Shown here in pieces: positions 60,560 to 64,000 of a stretch of DNA of 64,000 nt. How positions within the stretch are numbered: position 1 is the stretch's first letter; each line of letters begins with the position of its first letter. This stretch comes from Amphiscolops sp. MND2022 (lineage: Eukaryota). The translations under genes and the position numbers were made by a program. The notes beneath the pieces were generated by a model that saw only the letters and a program-made list of their open reading frames with translations, did no database searches and had not been told where the DNA came from. The DNA lies in the NCBI GenBank assembly GCA_964187785.1, contig OZ076409.1:12030001-12094000 (forward strand), read 5' to 3'.

Positions 60560-62075
60560 TTGTGGTATCAGGTATGGTATGCTCCACTCCCAGAACCAAC
60601 AAGAAACGCATCCGCTGACCATGGTGGTGCTCGATTGCCGCGTTCACGGGTGTACCTACACAACGGTGTATATTGAAGCAGCTCAAATCATCGCACTTTT
60701 CACAATGCACGGGTATTCGCTTGCCCCGGGGCAGGCCAGTAGGCTGAACCCGAAAATCAGTTCCGGTCAAAAGGGTCAAATGTGAGCACGAGTGAAGACT
60801 GGGAGTACTTCATCACCAGGTGGGACGCCTACGAGACATCCAGACGTATGGCTGATTATGATGTCAAATTACAGCTCCTCTAATGTTATGAAGACAGTTT
60901 ACGCAAGAACCTCCATCGCCTCCAATCAAACATCGCTACACCGACAGAGATAGATGCTCTGGCAGCAATCAAAGTCTCTTGCCGTGAAGGCTGAGAAAGC
61001 AATGGTGAGCAGGGTGACTCTCATGATATGACAATGATGCAGGATAGAGAAGATAATAGGAATGTTGCTGCTCGTTTACGAGGTCGAGCTAAGGTGCTGA
61101 AATTCTCAGAAAATGCTGGCACAACCACCTCGAAGCAACAAACTATATCGATGAAATGGTCCGTGGCCCCTACCGAAGAAAGCATGGCGACGACAGCGAC
61201 ACCCAGCAAAATGCACTGAGAAACAACGACCAAGACATGACCCTGGAGGATAGTTTCAAATTTATAGAGGCCAAAGAAGCTGGTAAACGACAACATGCAA
61301 CTCTTCAGAACCAGAGTGCTGCAAGGTTTTCCTCGTATAAACAGGCCGACAAGGTCAACTGCTAGTTCAAGGCCAAAATTGCGGGCAGTCATGCAACGAC
61401 GACAGTTGCGATGAACAAGTGAAGAAGTAAAAGTGCAAGGCTTGCGACAAAACTTGTTCCAAGTGTGACACAAAGGACCACTTTGACAACTTCTAAGGTC
61501 AAAAAGTCAGAAGGAAATGCACGAAAGATGCGGATTAATCCACCACAATCATCCAAGAAAAGAGCAACATCTCTGTAGACTGCACAGTCTTCACTCAAAA
61601 AACGGTTCAACCGGCGGTCGTCCTTGACCACCTCATTCTCGACGAAAAATTGATTGTATTGCGAGACAGTCACTGCCACAGCCAACACTTTATTTGACTG
61701 TCCGCTCTCACATCAAAGACCGCGAGGAGCTGGGTTACCGCCTTCACACACGGAACCACCAGGCTACAACAGATACTTGTCGTCAATCTGTCCTAGTCGT
61801 GATCGAAATCATCCACAGGCTGTGTTGCTAAAAAGCGGATCTCATCCCTGCAAAAACAAAAATGTCAGCAGTGAATCATGACGCTATCCCGAGTCTAGGC
61901 GCAGTTATCCTTCGACTGTCCGGACAATCAGGCTCCACGGAAACACTAATGACAGCACAAGTATGCCACGTGATCGACGTGATGAAGGGTGCATGCTTTA
62001 GTCGGGTTGCCTTTTCAAAATTGGGGATCATCCCGAACTACTTCCTGCTCATCGGATGAACCTCTCGGCAACCCA
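60560..62075 (+). mobile_element. Truncated, decayed Gypsy element (gag and protease)
   Basis: PBS-like TGGTATC near 60563. Gag-like EDWEYFITRWDAY...LQLL...MQDRED..AARLRGRA. CKACDKTCSKCDTKDH knuckle. TDTC..S protease-like remnant. Frameshifted and lacking RT. Confidence 0.65.
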
Positions 62076-62579
62076 TGTTATATAGTTCAGCTTTTCCGTT
62101 AGCTAGTTGGAACTTTCCGTTTTTTCGACGCGCAGGTTAGGTATTTTTAACTGAATACCTAGATTAAATTGCAAAATAACAGTAAAATATGAATAAAGCA
62201 GCTCAACATGTTTCGGACTCGTGGCAATGAAAATTTATTTGCGGGCTCGTCAATATCAATCGTCGTGGTGTATTAAGTTGAACACTACTATGTCAGAGCG
62301 AAAGCATTTGAAAAACTCTGAATAACACTATTTAAGTGTCATTAACAGGTTGGTGAAAAAACCACGTTTAGCTTCAAAAAGTCTCGACTTCTTTTCACCA
62401 GAAACTACAAATTAGTGAGAATCAGTTACATTGTTCTCGATATTCATTACCTCAACAGCAGCATATAACATATACCAACAGGTCGGTCATCCGGAATGAT
62501 TGTTGGTTTTTGATCCAGTATGAAAAGTTGAAGCTTCGCCACTTTCAACGTATTCAATTTTCCAGAACTTAACATTCTT

Positions 62580-63170
62580 CTTGTCATGAACATTCAGATC
62601 AGGGTAATTATTGTTTAACTGATTCTCATCCCGTTCATTTCTCAAGTTGTTCTTTGCGTTTAGATTTCGCTGAACTTCGGAAATTAGTTCCGGTCTCTCA
62701 GTCGGAATGTCCCATCCCTTTCTGGTCCCGTGTCCTGATCCGGCCATAATAATATTTTTGATTTGAGGAAGCACCTGAGTGCTTATCGCATCGCTTATTG
62801 CCCTTTGTATCTGGACACTCACGGAATTCATCATCTCGTCCATTTCTCGTGAAATTCGAGAATTTAATTCACTTGACAACCTGTTTATCTCAGCACTTGA
62901 GTTGCCTGCAATTGAATTTCGGTCACATTCGGCATTTGTCCTAGAGTTAGCATTTCTCTGATTTCTACCTATGTTTTCATCTTCATTTTCGGATTCATTG
63001 CTCGCAAAGCTTCTAGATCTCTGGGCAAATTGCTATTTAAGCTACCTTCTCTCTCCCTTGCATTAAAGTGATTCTCACCTAACATAATATCTAAATTTTC
63101 GATGGCTGACAACATTTCAAGTCCTCTTGATTTTCTCGCTTTCTTCTGTTTTCTAGTTGTAGGCATTGAG
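62580..63170 (-). pseudogene. Frameshifted, truncated 5' ORF of a probable retroelement
   Basis: MPTTRKQKKARKSRGLEMLS... then SSELNSRISREMDEMMNSVSVQIQRAISDAIS in another frame; no splice signals seen; lies among TE remnants. Confidence 0.4.
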
Positions 63171-64000
63171 ACAAACCTGGTCAAATAAAAAATTATTTAA
63201 CACCAGGAAATAGTATCTTGTTTGGAGGTTTGTAACAGAAGGTTATTTTACAAACTGATTTTAAGGAGCAGAACAAAAATTGTGTCTACCCAAGGGAGTA
63301 GCACCTATATATACTGCCTCGGGCGTGACATACATAGTACAAATACTTAAAAAATGTGATGACTACATTCCGGAAGCACCTGAATTACTCAATCATATGA
63401 ACATCAAAGTGCCGCTGAAATGTGATCAGGAGAATGACGCAGCCATTCAAATTTTTGTTTCGACAACGCTAGTAAACATTTGAAAGGCACGCAGTACATC
63501 AAATATCATCAAATAAAATACTCAAGCCGCTAATATTCGGGGAATGCTAACAATCCCGTGTCGGCACGTGCCCCGTTAGCAGACAGAATTGACTAGTAAG
63601 CAACACTATTACATGTTATTGCACATGTTAATCTTTATCTAATACGTCCACAGATTGTACATGTTAACTGGTGAGCATAGCCGGGTAGGTCTTTCAGACC
63701 GGTGTTTGTAGCAACATCATAGTCTAATATTGATTGCACCAATTCATTTAGGGAGTTACATGAGTGTTTACATTGCAATCACAATCATACATGACATTTA
63801 GAGTACGCGATTTGGTTAGATACTGCATCCGAATAATTGATTTGAAAAGAAGCCTTAACCGGCCACTGTCCGATTGGCTCTAGCAACAAGAGATAATAAT
63901 CAGGCAAATGGCCTTATTCGGCCAAATAGTAGAACAAAGCGCTAAATAACTAAAATGAGCATTTAATTAGTATAAAAGCACAACTATTTTACCATTAACA

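Overview
AT-rich eukaryotic (animal-like) genomic DNA with GT-AG spliceosomal introns and dense repeats. No prokaryotic features, CRISPR arrays, rRNA or intact tRNA were found. Host genes: (1) the 5' part of a minus-strand gene whose protein starts with an N-myristoylation motif (707->318); (2) a CDKL1/4-type kinase with seven phase-compatible exons at 8543-12248 and a probable last exon at 32693-32830, beyond a ~20.4-kb transposon-filled intron; (3) a head-to-head small HSP (47328->46732) and cytosolic HSP70 (48007-50334, one intron) pair sharing a 678-bp bidirectional heat-shock promoter. Most of the remaining recognisable sequence is transposon-derived: a full-length but decayed Gypsy LTR element (36760-43112), other Gypsy remnants, a dead Tc1/IS630-type element, and piggyBac-, Merlin-, MULE/foldback- and CACTA-like non-autonomous elements. 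One CACTA-like element carries a Tollip-like CUE domain. At least three families of DINE-1/Helentron-like (HINE) elements are present; they repeatedly insert into the T-tract next to each other's 5' hairpin and form composites with one 5' end and several 3' ends. All family assignments come from motifs read by eye; no database search was run.
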